Below, one piece after another: positions 9,616-20,072 of a DNA stretch of 64,000 nucleotides. Numbering within the stretch: position 1 is the stretch's first letter; each line of letters begins with the position of its first letter. The DNA comes from a virus (taxonomy: Duplodnaviria; Caudoviricetes). The notes beneath the pieces are model-generated. The model saw nothing but the letters and a program-made list of their open reading frames with translations. It did no database searches and was not told where the DNA came from. The translations under genes and the position numbers were made by a program. The stretch lies in the IMG/VR virus record IMGVR_UViG_3300012983_000001, positions 32,001 to 96,000 of that record, one strand, 5' to 3'.

Positions 9616-10194
9616 ATGCTTAACTTAGCTAACTTATGTATCTTCGAAGGAAGAATGGCAAGAGACCCACAGTATAGTACTGTTCAGTTTGGACAGGAAA
9701 CAGTCGAAAAGGCAATGTTTACCATTGCAATCGACAGAGCATTAAGTTCTCAACAGAGACAGAAAGTAAAGAACGGAGACCAGTCCATTAAGACTGCTGA
9801 TTTTGTTCCATGTTCTTTATTGGGAGCACAGGTTGCTACGCTGAGACAGTATTTCCCGCAGGGTAAGGCTATTCGTGTTGAGGGTCACTATACTGAATAC
9901 CAGACTACGGACCAGCAGACAGGTCAGAAAAAGTATGGTCATGTATTTGAAATTGATTCCATTAGTTTCCCAACTCAGGATGCGAAGAGTTTACAGCAAA
10001 ATCAGGGTCAGCAGAATAACGGTGGTTACCAGAATAACAACGGTTATCAGAACAATAATGGCTATCAGAACAATGGCGGTTATCAGGCACCACAGAATAA
10101 CTATCAGCAGGCACCTCAGTATCAGCAACCAGCACAGCAGGCTCCAGCTCCAGGCGGTTTCTCAATGTTCGATGAAGGAGAATCTCCATTCTAA
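9616..10194 (+). CDS. ssb: Single-stranded DNA-binding protein
   Basis: GRMARDP, FTIAIDR, ADFVPC, Q/N/G-rich linker, acidic tail ending PF. Confidence 0.95.
   Translation: MLNLANLCIFEGRMARDPQYSTVQFGQETVEKAMFTIAIDRALSSQQRQKVKNGDQSIKTADFVPCSLLGAQVATLRQYFPQGKAIRVEGHYTEYQTTDQQTGQKKYGHVFEIDSISFPTQDAKSLQQNQGQQNNGGYQNNNGYQNNNGYQNNGGYQAPQNNYQQAPQYQQPAQQAPAPGGFSMFDEGESPF
10012..10086 (+). repeat. Four 18-bp coding repeats (QNNxGY) in the SSB linker
   Basis: cagaataacggtggttac / cagaataacaacggttat / cagaacaataatggctat / cagaacaatggcggttat. Confidence 0.8.
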
Positions 10195-10208
10195 GATAGG
10201 AGGACAAT

Positions 10209-10577
10209 ATGGAAAGTAATAAGATTTCAGGTGCAAAACATGGCGTGCAGACAATGATGTTTTATTATCTTTCTTCCTTGATTGGTTCTGTTGAAGACCC
10301 TAAACAACACATTGCAACTGAATTAGGAAAGATGATTAACCTTTCCGAAGAGCAGATACAGTATGTACGAATGCAAGTTGCCAATGAGAATAAGATGTTA
10401 GTGAACCTGTCTTCTTCCATAGCCTTGTTAGAGAATATGGAAAAGACAGGTAAACTTGACCTTGAATCTATTGGTATAGTTAAGGGCATTTTAACAATCA
10501 TGCAAGAACAATGCCAAAAAGCTCTTACAGAATATACAGATACGGAAGATGAAGAGAGCGATGAAGAAGATGAGTAA
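10209..10577 (+). CDS. Hypothetical protein
   Basis: AGGAGG RBS; acidic tail. Confidence 0.75.
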   Translation: MESNKISGAKHGVQTMMFYYLSSLIGSVEDPKQHIATELGKMINLSEEQIQYVRMQVANENKMLVNLSSSIALLENMEKTGKLDLESIGIVKGILTIMQEQCQKALTEYTDTEDEESDEEDE

Positions 10578-11076
10578 CAGTATGAAATTTACTTTTACGC
10601 TCCCATCGTCTACTATGAATGGAAGCAATGGTAATTATATCTATTACAGTAACCTTGCAGATGTAAGCTACACTATGATATCAGATGAATGGATGGTAGA
10701 TGAAGAAATGGAATGGATGCCACCAAGTAAGCTTACACCTCAGGATGTTGATGTACTTAAGTGTGCTTTACAAGCAGAAGAGACTCTTGAGCAATGGTTA
10801 ACAGATAATTACGACAGATATGAACTTATGGACTGTGGTGGTTATATCTATGATATCACACAAGAACAAGCATATACTGTTGTTAGTGATATCATTGAAA
10901 AATTAGCCAAAGATGTCAATATGGAATGTGAAGATGAAGAAGCTATCATTCAAGCTGTATTAGAAAACATTGATTTTGATTCACTGTATACTGTAGCCGA
11001 AGACATTATCAATGCACCAATTACTATGGAAGAAAAACTAGCAGAAGTCGGCATGTCTTATCGAGACTTCTTATAG
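10570..11076 (+). CDS. Acidic hypothetical protein
   Basis: ORF overlapping the upstream stop; strongly D/E-rich. Confidence 0.7.
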   Translation: MSNSMKFTFTLPSSTMNGSNGNYIYYSNLADVSYTMISDEWMVDEEMEWMPPSKLTPQDVDVLKCALQAEETLEQWLTDNYDRYELMDCGGYIYDITQEQAYTVVSDIIEKLAKDVNMECEDEEAIIQAVLENIDFDSLYTVAEDIINAPITMEEKLAEVGMSYRDFL

Positions 11077-11088
11077 AAAGGAATTGAC

Positions 11089-12264
11089 ATGGATAAAGAC
11101 AAAATGAAACGGTTACAGGCATCTATGGCGCAAATGAACAAGCGTTATGGTGCAGGTACTGTAATGAGCGCAGCTGAAGCTGCGGCTCAAGGAAAGCTTA
11201 CCAAAAAAGTTATACCAACACCATCCCTTGAGTTGAATGATGCACTGCATTGCGGTGGCTTTTCGGGCATTGTTGAACTTTATGGTCCAAACTCTTCTGG
11301 TAAAACCAGTCTTGCTATTGACACACTGGTAAAGAGCCAGAGAGATGATGAAAATTTCGTTGCCGCATGGCTTGAAACTGAGGGCTCTGTAACTCTTGAT
11401 ATTTTACGAGACCATGGTGTTGACCTTGCAAGATTACTGTATTGGAGACAGGAAGATGTCGGCAATGCAGAAAACGCTTTGGATATTGCCAGAGGCTTTA
11501 TTGTCGGTGGAGATGTTGACATGATAATTGTTAACTCTGTTGCTGGCTTGGCACCAAAGACTGAAACTGAAGACGATTTAGAGAAACAGAATATTGCATT
11601 AACGGCAAGACTGTTATCTAAGTTCTTCCGTGTTGCTAATGGATATGCATCTAAGAATGATGTTACAATGTTATTTATCAATCAAGTACGTGACAATGTT
11701 GGTCAGATGTTTGGTGATACTACAACCACTACTGGTGGTAAGGCATTAGCATTCTATGCATCTCAGCGTATTAAGATGAATCGTAATAAGATTATGGCTT
11801 CCGACCCTATTAAGGAAGAGGATGGCGTAAAGATTTCTTGTATTATTCACAAGAATCGTTTCGCTGGTAAACACAATCCATTTACGAAGTGTATCTATTA
11901 TGCAACATATGCAGGCGGTATTGATTCTGTTGTTGCATTACCACAGATGTTACTGGAAGCTGGCATTATGCGTCAGGCTGGTGCATGGTGGTATTATGAA
12001 GACGCACAGGGTAATTTAATTACTGTTGACGGTATCGTCGGTAAGTTCAGCAGTAAGAATAACTTCTTAGATGCGTTACGTTCAAGTGAAAAACTTTATA
12101 ATGAGTTGGTTAATAAACTTGGCCATCTTGCTGACAATCAGAACCAGGAAGAAATTGCAGCTATCGAAGCAGAAAATGCACAGCTCAATGCTGACATGGA
12201 TGAGATTAACAGAATCGAAGCCGCAGAAGACATTAATGAAGTACTGGAACAGAATAACCAGTAG
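11089..12264 (+). CDS. recA: RecA-like recombinase
   Basis: ELYGPNSSGKT, FINQVR, TTGGKALAFYAS, KNRF, GAWWYY. Confidence 0.95.
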   Translation: MDKDKMKRLQASMAQMNKRYGAGTVMSAAEAAAQGKLTKKVIPTPSLELNDALHCGGFSGIVELYGPNSSGKTSLAIDTLVKSQRDDENFVAAWLETEGSVTLDILRDHGVDLARLLYWRQEDVGNAENALDIARGFIVGGDVDMIIVNSVAGLAPKTETEDDLEKQNIALTARLLSKFFRVANGYASKNDVTMLFINQVRDNVGQMFGDTTTTTGGKALAFYASQRIKMNRNKIMASDPIKEEDGVKISCIIHKNRFAGKHNPFTKCIYYATYAGGIDSVVALPQMLLEAGIMRQAGAWWYYEDAQGNLITVDGIVGKFSSKNNFLDALRSSEKLYNELVNKLGHLADNQNQEEIAAIEAENAQLNADMDEINRIEAAEDINEVLEQNNQ

Positions 12265-12270
12265 TAAGCA

Positions 12271-12304
12271 AGCACGGGGCGAAAGTCCCGTGCTAATTTG
12301 TTTT
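12271..12304 (+). terminator. Rho-independent terminator
   Basis: AGCACGGGGC-gaaa-GTCCCGTGCT followed by a T-rich tract. Confidence 0.75.
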
Positions 12305-12318
12305 GAAAGAGGTGGCAT

Positions 12319-14219
12319 ATGCCTACAGATTTGAATACTTTAAATGACCAGCAGAGAACTGCTGTCTTAGAATCTATGAATCATAATGTGGTTCTACTTG
12401 CAGGAGCAGGTAGTGGTAAAACTGCCACCCTTGTAAAAAGAACGCAATATCTCATAGATGATTTAGGTGTTTCACCTGATAACATTATGATAATTACGTT
12501 TACAAACAAGGCCGCTGGAGAGATTCGTGAGCGTGTTTCTACTGTATCTACTCAGGCATATAAGATGTGGATTGGTACATTCCATCGTATTTGTACACGT
12601 TTAATGCGTATGTTCGGTAGTAGATTAGGTATTCAGAATTTCACAATCATGGATACTAAAGAAAGCAAAAACCTTGTCAAAGAAATTCTTGATGCACAAG
12701 GCGTTGAATATACGTCATATATGGTAACTGATTTGGTCTCTAAGATTAGTACTTACAAGAACAATCTTATAAAACCTGTTAAGGTATTAGCAGACCCAAA
12801 CGAAAAGAAACTTAATGCAACGGTGTATCAGGAATATCAGAATATATCCTGGAGACGTAAAAGTTTTGACTTTGATGATTTGATTATCTATACCATCTTA
12901 TTGCTGTCGTCATATGCAGACGTGTTGCAATGGGTACATGATAACATTAAGTATTTGATGGTAGATGAAAGCCAGGACACCAATAGTGCTCAGTTCCAGC
13001 TCATTCAGCTGATTGCTGGCGACAATAACATCATGATGGTTGGCGATACATGTCAATCCATTTATGGATTCAGAAATGCTAAGCCGAAATACTTAGAGTA
13101 CTTTGCCGACAATCATCCGAATACAGTAAAACTTAAGCTAGAACAGAATTATCGTTCTACTAAGACAATCATTGAAGCAGCAAACCACGTGGTTAACAAG
13201 AATCAATTTGGTACTAAGCTTCAAATGTTTTGTGCAAACGAAGTCGGTGAGAAGATTCAGGTATTTGAAGGCCTGGACGCTTACAATGAAGCGAGATGGA
13301 TTGCTTCAGAGATTCTCATGAATGGCAACAAGAACCTATCTAACTATGCTGTAATTTATAGAGCAAACTTCCAGTCTCGTATACTGGAAGAAGAGTTTAC
13401 TAAGTGCGGTATCGGTTATACTGTTTTTGGTTCACAGTCATTCTATTCCAGAAAAGAAGTTCGCGATTTGTTGGCATACTGTAAGTTAGTAGTGAATCCA
13501 TATGATATCGAAAGCTTTAAACGTATCTTAGGCACACTTAAGGGAGTAGGTAAAGTAACAATAGATAATATTGTTAACAATGCTCAAGATAACTGTATTA
13601 ACTTCCACGACGCTATCAATGCATATTTACCAAATATGAAAGCAGGAGTTATCAGTCATCGCTTACAGACAGTGTCTAGTATCATCAACAAACAGTACGA
13701 TAAATGTAGTGACATTGTTAAGGATGTTCTCTTCCTAACGGAATATAAAACAGAACTTACTAATGTACAAACAGAAGAAACGGACGAGAAGCTTGCTATC
13801 ATTGATGAATTTGTTGAAATGATGCTTAGCATGGAAGCGAATGATGCAAATGATAATATGACCGAAATCATTGACCAGATTGCATTACTTTCTGATGCAA
13901 AAGGTGCTGAAAAAGCTAATCTTAACGCAGTCAAACTCATGACTGCTCATGCATCAAAAGGACTGGAGTTTAATACTGTATTCATTGTAGGAGCCGAGGA
14001 GGGATTATTCCCTCATGCAAATGCATTAAACGAAAATACAACTGAAGCCATTAAGAAGAACGTCGTCTGTTCTATGTAGCCATGACTAGAGCTCAAAAGA
14101 AACTGTATATCAGTCGAGCATGTCAGAAACGTGCAGGTAAAGAAGGCGGGCTTATTATTTCAAAGGCCAGCAGATTCCTTCGTGAAATACCAAAACATTT
14201 GACAGAAGAAGCGTTTTAG
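12319..14219 (+). CDS. pcrA: UvrD/PcrA SF1 helicase, frameshifted at about 14053
   Basis: AGAGSGKT, TFTNKAA, VDESQD, QSIYGFR, LEQNYRS, TAHASKGLEF; motif VI EERRLFYVAMTRA lies in the -1 frame and ends at TAG 14217-19. Confidence 0.9.
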
Positions 14220-14227
14220 TATATAAA
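14199..14227 (+). promoter_or_regulatory. Putative sigA promoter
   Basis: TTGACA, 17 bp, TATAAA. Confidence 0.5.
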
Positions 14228-14238
14228 GGAGGGAAAGA

Positions 14239-14688
14239 ATGTATATAGCATGGCAGAATGATGACAATATCTGTGATGTATATGATAATGGACCAAATTA
14301 TATGTTTTCGTTAATATGTGATTACGAAAAATACGTTAAGGAATTTGGATATATATCCATTACAACGTTCCTACATGGATGGTCATGTATTCCACGAAAT
14401 CAGTTTCAATTCTTGTCGTCAGGAGAACGTGTATACGACCCACAAGGTAGATGCTATCAAGTGATTGAAGACGCAAGAGAAACAGATGATGAAAGTTATG
14501 TTGTCGAGGTCGCTATGGTTAAAGCAGGTGGTATTATTTCTGATTTAACCCAAACATTATCTACTGGTGATTTATACAGTGAAGAATTCGTTCATTACGA
14601 TTATCAGTGGAAAAAGCAACAATTACAAGAAAGTGAGGAAAAACCATGTCCGATTTTAATTACAAAGACAAGTCAGCCCCAAAGTTAA
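14239..14688 (+). CDS. Hypothetical protein
   Basis: AAGGAGG RBS; 149 aa. Confidence 0.75.
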   Translation: MYIAWQNDDNICDVYDNGPNYMFSLICDYEKYVKEFGYISITTFLHGWSCIPRNQFQFLSSGERVYDPQGRCYQVIEDARETDDESYVVEVAMVKAGGIISDLTQTLSTGDLYSEEFVHYDYQWKKQQLQESEEKPCPILITKTSQPQS

Positions 14689-15254
14689 GCGATGAATTTA
14701 AACAGAAATTCAGCGTAAACATCAAGGGTAAGGATGCTATTAAGCTGGAGGGCTTGACTGCATTCGCACACGAAAAGGGAATGTGGAAGTTCGAAACGAT
14801 TATTATTCAGTTCCCAAGTGACCAGAATGGTTGGACTGCTATCTGCCAGACTACCATTGGTGGTTATGATTACGACCCTATCACAGAAAAGGTTCGTGAA
14901 GTTCTCTATTCCGACATTGGTGATGCAAATGTTAGTAACTGCGGTAAGATGGTGGCGGCATCTTATATCCGTATGGCTTCTACACGTTCCCAGGCAAGAG
15001 CGTTAAGAAAATATACCAACATTGATATGGTATGTTCTTCTGAACTTAGTGATGTTATGGATGAAGCTCCAGAACCACTTATCTCTGTTGAACAGTTAAC
15101 GGAAGTTAAACAGTTATTATCAGCAAAGGGTATTAATAAGGAAAAGTTTGGTGAAATCTTATTCCAGTTGTTCCAGCATACGAATTATCAGGGACTGACT
15201 GGCAATCAGGGTAACGTACTGCTCGAAACTCTGAAGAACTATGCGGTGAGCTAA
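14646..15254 (+). CDS. Putative Rad52/Sak-like single-strand annealing protein
   Basis: YSDIGDA..YIRMASTRSQARALR motif; helical C-terminal domain. Confidence 0.5.
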   Translation: MSDFNYKDKSAPKLSDEFKQKFSVNIKGKDAIKLEGLTAFAHEKGMWKFETIIIQFPSDQNGWTAICQTTIGGYDYDPITEKVREVLYSDIGDANVSNCGKMVAASYIRMASTRSQARALRKYTNIDMVCSSELSDVMDEAPEPLISVEQLTEVKQLLSAKGINKEKFGEILFQLFQHTNYQGLTGNQGNVLLETLKNYAVS

Positions 15255-15262
15255 GCATAGCC

Positions 15263-15976
15263 ATGCATATAGTAAATAAGCGATTTCATCGAAACGGATT
15301 ATTATTCGTTATAATTGCCATCACTGTGGCAGCCATTACAGGCGGCTGTAGTGATGGTGACGATGAAATTGTAATTCCAAGCATTACTGCTACTTCGACA
15401 CCTACTCCAACATTTTCACCAACACCAATTCCGACTAATACCCCTACTCCAAGTCCTACACCAACCAATACGCCAACGCCAACATTAAGTCCCACACCAA
15501 CACCAAGTCCTACGTCTATACCTACTCCTAGACCAAATAAGCTTTATCATATGTACTCTACTAAGGGTACGGAATATACTTTGGAAATAGAGTACCAAGA
15601 CTATTTATACGAAATGTGTGTTAAGTATGAGATTCCAGAGCACTATGAGTTACTTATGGCACAGATGTGGCATGAATCAAGGTTTAATCCAAATGCTTAC
15701 AGTGACACAAAGGATTATGGCTTAATGCAAATCAATGTATGTAATCATGCAAGCCTAAGCAAAAGGTTTGGTAAAGACAACTTTTTTGACCCTTATTTTA
15801 GCATGGAATGCGGAACGTACATGATGAGTAAATATTTAAAAAAATATAATGATGTACAAAAAGCATTAGTATGTTATAATAGTGGTGAAAGCAAAGTAAA
15901 AAAAGGTACATATTCAACAAAATACAGTCGTTGTGTGCTTGAAGACATGGAACGACTTGTTGAAATGGAACAATAG
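15263..15976 (+). CDS. Lytic transglycosylase (SLT) lipoprotein with Pro/Thr linker
   Basis: Signal peptide and ITGGC lipobox, (TP)n linker, HESRFNPNA, GLMQIN, ALVCYNSG. Confidence 0.85.
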   Translation: MHIVNKRFHRNGLLFVIIAITVAAITGGCSDGDDEIVIPSITATSTPTPTFSPTPIPTNTPTPSPTPTNTPTPTLSPTPTPSPTSIPTPRPNKLYHMYSTKGTEYTLEIEYQDYLYEMCVKYEIPEHYELLMAQMWHESRFNPNAYSDTKDYGLMQINVCNHASLSKRFGKDNFFDPYFSMECGTYMMSKYLKKYNDVQKALVCYNSGESKVKKGTYSTKYSRCVLEDMERLVEMEQ

Positions 15977-15991
15977 AAAGGAGTAAAGATT

Positions 15992-16540
15992 ATGATACTT
16001 GAGTACAATTACGACAACGGCAACCTTGTGCTTGACTTATTCAAGAAATCAGCATTAGCAACCCTGGAAATCAAAACAGTACAGGAGAAACGAATTGACG
16101 CACCGCTGAGATTTGTAATGGAGTACACTCTTGTAGAAGACTACCCAGAAGATAAGCAGGTAGCTATTCGTAAAATCTTGTCAGAGTCTCTTAATGAGAG
16201 ATTGCAGACAGTGAACGTTATCAACAAGTTCATCGAGAACGCTATCTTGAATAACGTCAAGGCTTTCAATTTAAGCTTTAACACTGTCATGGTACGCAAA
16301 TGTGAGATTTTCTATTCTTCTTCTTACGGCGCAAACAGCGTAGCGACACCACAAAGCGATATTGCAAAGTTAACTCAGTGCCTTGAACAGTTCGATAGCA
16401 TTATCACGTCTATGGGTGTGGCACAGGAAACTGTTCCAGGTGTGTTTAAACGCGAAGGAACAGGTAAGAACAAGAAGAACGTACCGTTAAACATTGCAGA
16501 CTTGGCAGCAGCTTTACGACATGCATTAGTGGAGGAATAG
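15992..16540 (+). CDS. Hypothetical protein
   Basis: AAAGGAG RBS; 182 aa. Confidence 0.75.
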   Translation: MILEYNYDNGNLVLDLFKKSALATLEIKTVQEKRIDAPLRFVMEYTLVEDYPEDKQVAIRKILSESLNERLQTVNVINKFIENAILNNVKAFNLSFNTVMVRKCEIFYSSSYGANSVATPQSDIAKLTQCLEQFDSIITSMGVAQETVPGVFKREGTGKNKKNVPLNIADLAAALRHALVEE

Positions 16541-16546
16541 CATAAT

Positions 16547-16945
16547 ATGGCATTTGTTACTTATAAAGAAGACCCAATACTTGAAGTAACGCCAGTCGAT
16601 AGTGATATCCCATCTCTCTCTAGTTTTATCGGAGTAGAGATGGGATATTATTTATGTGCGTTAAAAGATAAGTGGGTATTACCATTTAAACGTACCAAGG
16701 TAAGATTGAATATCGCATCTATTACGCTACCAAACAATACGTTTGGAATTCTTAGTGCAAACTGTACGGATTACCGTTCAGAAACTACGAAAGTTATTGG
16801 TAGTTACGAATTGTACGAAATCGCAATTACCTCTAAAAGATTATTGCCTTTCAAGATTTGCCAGGGTGACGCAGTTGCAGTACTATCTGTTATACCTTTT
16901 GTTGAATGTCATACACTGATTCACAACAAAGCAGTTGAAAGGTAA
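16547..16945 (+). CDS. Degenerate trimeric dUTPase-fold protein
   Basis: MGYYLCA, VLPFKRTKV, ITLPNNTFG and FKICQGDAVAVL follow dUTPase spacing; catalytic motifs missing. Confidence 0.55.
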   Translation: MAFVTYKEDPILEVTPVDSDIPSLSSFIGVEMGYYLCALKDKWVLPFKRTKVRLNIASITLPNNTFGILSANCTDYRSETTKVIGSYELYEIAITSKRLLPFKICQGDAVAVLSVIPFVECHTLIHNKAVER

Positions 16946-16977
16946 AGTATTTTATTATATAATGGAGGTGTAATATA

Positions 16978-17241
16978 ATGTTACAGATTAAGATTATACA
17001 CGATGGTCATTACATGTATATTCAGGAAATCAAAGACGACGACCAGGTGCTCAGCACATTTGATGAATCTGCTAACAAGATTGAGTTAGCACTTATGGTT
17101 CCATTCATTGGACGTAAGGTAATGATTTCTCATTATGTAAAAGAAGGCGAAGACTTGTACTTTGACTACGAACATGAACAGACTATCGTTGCTGTAGCTC
17201 AAGAAGAAGATGGCAACTGGTTTATTGAATGGAGTGAATAG
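16978..17241 (+). CDS. Hypothetical protein
   Basis: GGAGG RBS. Confidence 0.7.
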   Translation: MLQIKIIHDGHYMYIQEIKDDDQVLSTFDESANKIELALMVPFIGRKVMISHYVKEGEDLYFDYEHEQTIVAVAQEEDGNWFIEWSE

Positions 17242-17243
17242 GC

Positions 17244-17678
17244 ATGGCAATTTTAAATTACACTACAACAATAGACGCTTACAAAACAGTCAGCGAGATT
17301 GAACACATTCTTGTTAAGCACAAGGCAAAATCTATTATGAAAGATTATGATGGCGAATCCATTATCGCTTTGAGCTTTTTGATTGATGTTGGATATAATC
17401 AGCTACCAATTAAATTGCCAGCAAAGATTGATGAGTGCTATAAAGTTTTATGTACGGAGAAAGCCAATGGCACTAAGAATATCAAAGCAACACATGAGCA
17501 GGCAGAAAAGGTGGCATGGAGAATCCTCAAAGACTGGGTTGAAGCTCAAATGGCATTGCTAGATATCCACATGGTTAAGTTCGAGGAAATCTTTATGCCG
17601 TACATTGTTGATACTCAAGGTAAGACATTATTCGAGAAACTTGAGGAAAGACAGTTTTTACTAACACAAACTGACTAG
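17244..17678 (+). CDS. Conserved phage hypothetical protein
   Basis: NYTTTI..QAEKVAWRILKDWVEAQMA motif. Confidence 0.75.
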   Translation: MAILNYTTTIDAYKTVSEIEHILVKHKAKSIMKDYDGESIIALSFLIDVGYNQLPIKLPAKIDECYKVLCTEKANGTKNIKATHEQAEKVAWRILKDWVEAQMALLDIHMVKFEEIFMPYIVDTQGKTLFEKLEERQFLLTQTD

Positions 17679-17687
17679 GAGGACCAT

Positions 17688-20072
17688 ATGAGAATTTTAC
17701 ACATTACAGACTCACATGGTACCGCTAAGGGTCCTGAAAGCAGAAAGGACGTTTACTATATCACATTCTTGAAGAAACTGTATGAGTTAGGTTTTGTTAT
17801 CAAAAAACTTAATGTTGATATGGTTATCCATACTGGTGACTTGTTTCATACAGCAAGAGTGTCTGATAAGTTTGCTGGCCAGGTATCTGCAATGATTAAG
17901 TCTATGGGAGTACCATTTTATGTAGTTCCAGGTAATCATGACATTGAAGGCTATACTACAGATACTATTGACCAGACAAAACTTGGGTTGCTCGCTAAAG
18001 CAGGTGTCGTTACGATACTTGATAGAGATAATCCTATTCGTATTACTGCAACTCAGAACGGTGAGGAATTTACAGTAGCCATTAGCGGTCAAGAGTATTA
18101 CGCTCATATTGATGAAGGCAACATGCGTGATTTCGAAATGCAACAGGATGAGGCAGATTTAAACATTCTTGCTATCCATGGTTACATTGCCGACACTCCG
18201 CAACATCCCGACATTAAATGTACAATGGCCAATGACATTGTTACAGATGCTGACCTTATTTTGACAGGTCATTACCATCGGTCCTTTGAGTGGAGCGATG
18301 GACAGAATCTTGATATTTTTAATCCAGGTTCAATGATGAGAGTTGAACAAACGGATTATAACAAGACGCATACACCACAGTATGGTATATTAGATATCAA
18401 TCTGGATGAGAATGGTAGCATTGAATGGGACTATAAGTTCCATCAGTTCCGCATAGCGCAGCCATCTACAGTAATATTTGATTATGCGTCAAAATATAAA
18501 GCTAAAGCGGCTTCGATTACACTGGATGGATTTAAGACAAGCATTGCCAATACCATGACAGCGGTACAGCCGTCTATGACAATCGACAAAATTATTGGTG
18601 ATATTTGTACTACAGGCAAGGTAGATGCCAAGGTAGAACAGCTTGCCTTTAAGATGTATCATGATACATTGCAAGCAATTCCAGATGAATTTGAAGCTCA
18701 GCAAGGCTATATTGAAGCTCAAAAGACAAAGAAAATTTCCAAAGTTATTCTGGAGAATTTTCAGTCTCATGCACATACCGAAGTAGAATTTGATGATGGA
18801 TTAAATATCATTGTAGGTGAATCCAACAATGGTAAGACATCTATTCTTCGAGGTATCATGTGGGTTATTGATAATCAGCCGTTAGGTACTGATTTCATTA
18901 TGGCAGGTCAGGATAATTGTTATGTTCGCATTGAATATAATGATGGTACATTTATTGAGAGGGGACGAACCCTCAAAGATACTGGCTATTACAAAGTAGG
19001 TTTCATTGACGAGAATGGTAACTTAACTCATCAAATGTATCGTGGCTTTACCAATGCAGTTCCTGTTGAGGTTGCTAATGTACACCAGATGCCTAAAGTT
19101 AATATCACTAAAGATATTGAGACTCATCTTAATGTATTGTCTCAGTTAGATGCTCCATTCTTGCTCACAGAAAGCCCGCTGGTGAAAGCTTCTGCTATTG
19201 GTAGAATAACAGGTACCCATGTGGTAGATGCGGCCATTAAAGAGGCAAATAAGACGATTCAAGGTGGACGCAAATCCATTAAGCATTATGAACAAGAACT
19301 TACAGAGAAAGAAAATGAGTTAAAGGCGTTGCCAGACATTGCGTTGATGACTCAGTTTACCGCGGCATATGCTGCACTTGTGGCAAGAATGAAGTCTTTG
19401 AACGAAGGTATTGAGAAAATTGAAAACTTCATAGTGTGCAATGACCAATATGAACGACTTATTGCACAGGACGAAGTGCGTTATGCCCAGTACCGTGTAT
19501 TAAGCAATCTTCAGAATGTAGTAAGCTTAGCAGAAACTAAGCTGACTCAAACAAAGCCTTTGCATCTTGCTTATGAAGAGTTACAGATTACTCAAATGTC
19601 TATTGGTCATCATCAGAATACATTGAATAGAACACAGAGCTTGCTTCATTTCAAACCGATTGTAGAGCAGGCATGTGATTTAAAACAATCTATTGACCAG
19701 TTACAAAGCAAATATGATTTGTGCGTAAACATTGAGCAAAACTTATCTTCATTTGAATCTAATGCCAATGCTCTTATAGAGTACAATCGGCATTTGAATG
19801 CAATCCATATTTACTGTGGATTACTCAATGATTATATCCAGCGAATGGCACCAAAGATTATACAAATTGCAGATATCGCAACGAAGCAAAGTGCTGTTGT
19901 TGATAACATTGCAATTCTTAAGCGTACCACAAAGAAGCTGGATAGCCAGGTCAAGGAAGCACAGCAACAAAAGAATGCCTTTATTTTAGATAATGGTATT
20001 TGCCCATGCTGCGGACAGAAAGTTGAAGAATCTCATATACCAGCAATTACATCATTTATGGAGGGACAATAA
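17688..20072 (+). CDS. SbcD/Mre11 nuclease fused to the N-half of SbcC/Rad50 (Walker A, coiled coil, Zn hook)
   Basis: HITDSH, TGDLFH, GNHD, TGHYH, NPGS; then LENFQSH, GESNNGKTS, SQLD; C-terminal CPCCG. Confidence 0.9.
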   Translation: MRILHITDSHGTAKGPESRKDVYYITFLKKLYELGFVIKKLNVDMVIHTGDLFHTARVSDKFAGQVSAMIKSMGVPFYVVPGNHDIEGYTTDTIDQTKLGLLAKAGVVTILDRDNPIRITATQNGEEFTVAISGQEYYAHIDEGNMRDFEMQQDEADLNILAIHGYIADTPQHPDIKCTMANDIVTDADLILTGHYHRSFEWSDGQNLDIFNPGSMMRVEQTDYNKTHTPQYGILDINLDENGSIEWDYKFHQFRIAQPSTVIFDYASKYKAKAASITLDGFKTSIANTMTAVQPSMTIDKIIGDICTTGKVDAKVEQLAFKMYHDTLQAIPDEFEAQQGYIEAQKTKKISKVILENFQSHAHTEVEFDDGLNIIVGESNNGKTSILRGIMWVIDNQPLGTDFIMAGQDNCYVRIEYNDGTFIERGRTLKDTGYYKVGFIDENGNLTHQMYRGFTNAVPVEVANVHQMPKVNITKDIETHLNVLSQLDAPFLLTESPLVKASAIGRITGTHVVDAAIKEANKTIQGGRKSIKHYEQELTEKENELKALPDIALMTQFTAAYAALVARMKSLNEGIEKIENFIVCNDQYERLIAQDEVRYAQYRVLSNLQNVVSLAETKLTQTKPLHLAYEELQITQMSIGHHQNTLNRTQSLLHFKPIVEQACDLKQSIDQLQSKYDLCVNIEQNLSSFESNANALIEYNRHLNAIHIYCGLLNDYIQRMAPKIIQIADIATKQSAVVDNIAILKRTTKKLDSQVKEAQQQKNAFILDNGICPCCGQKVEESHIPAITSFMEGQ

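Noticed and set aside
15390-15530. Apparent tandem DNA repeat
   Set aside because: It is the degenerate coding sequence of the Pro/Thr linker; the antisense GV-rich ORF 15286-15495 is its shadow
16935-16963. TTGAAA-17-TATAAT promoter-like match
   Set aside because: The predicted start site would fall after the GGAGG RBS of the next gene, so function is doubtful in AT-rich DNA
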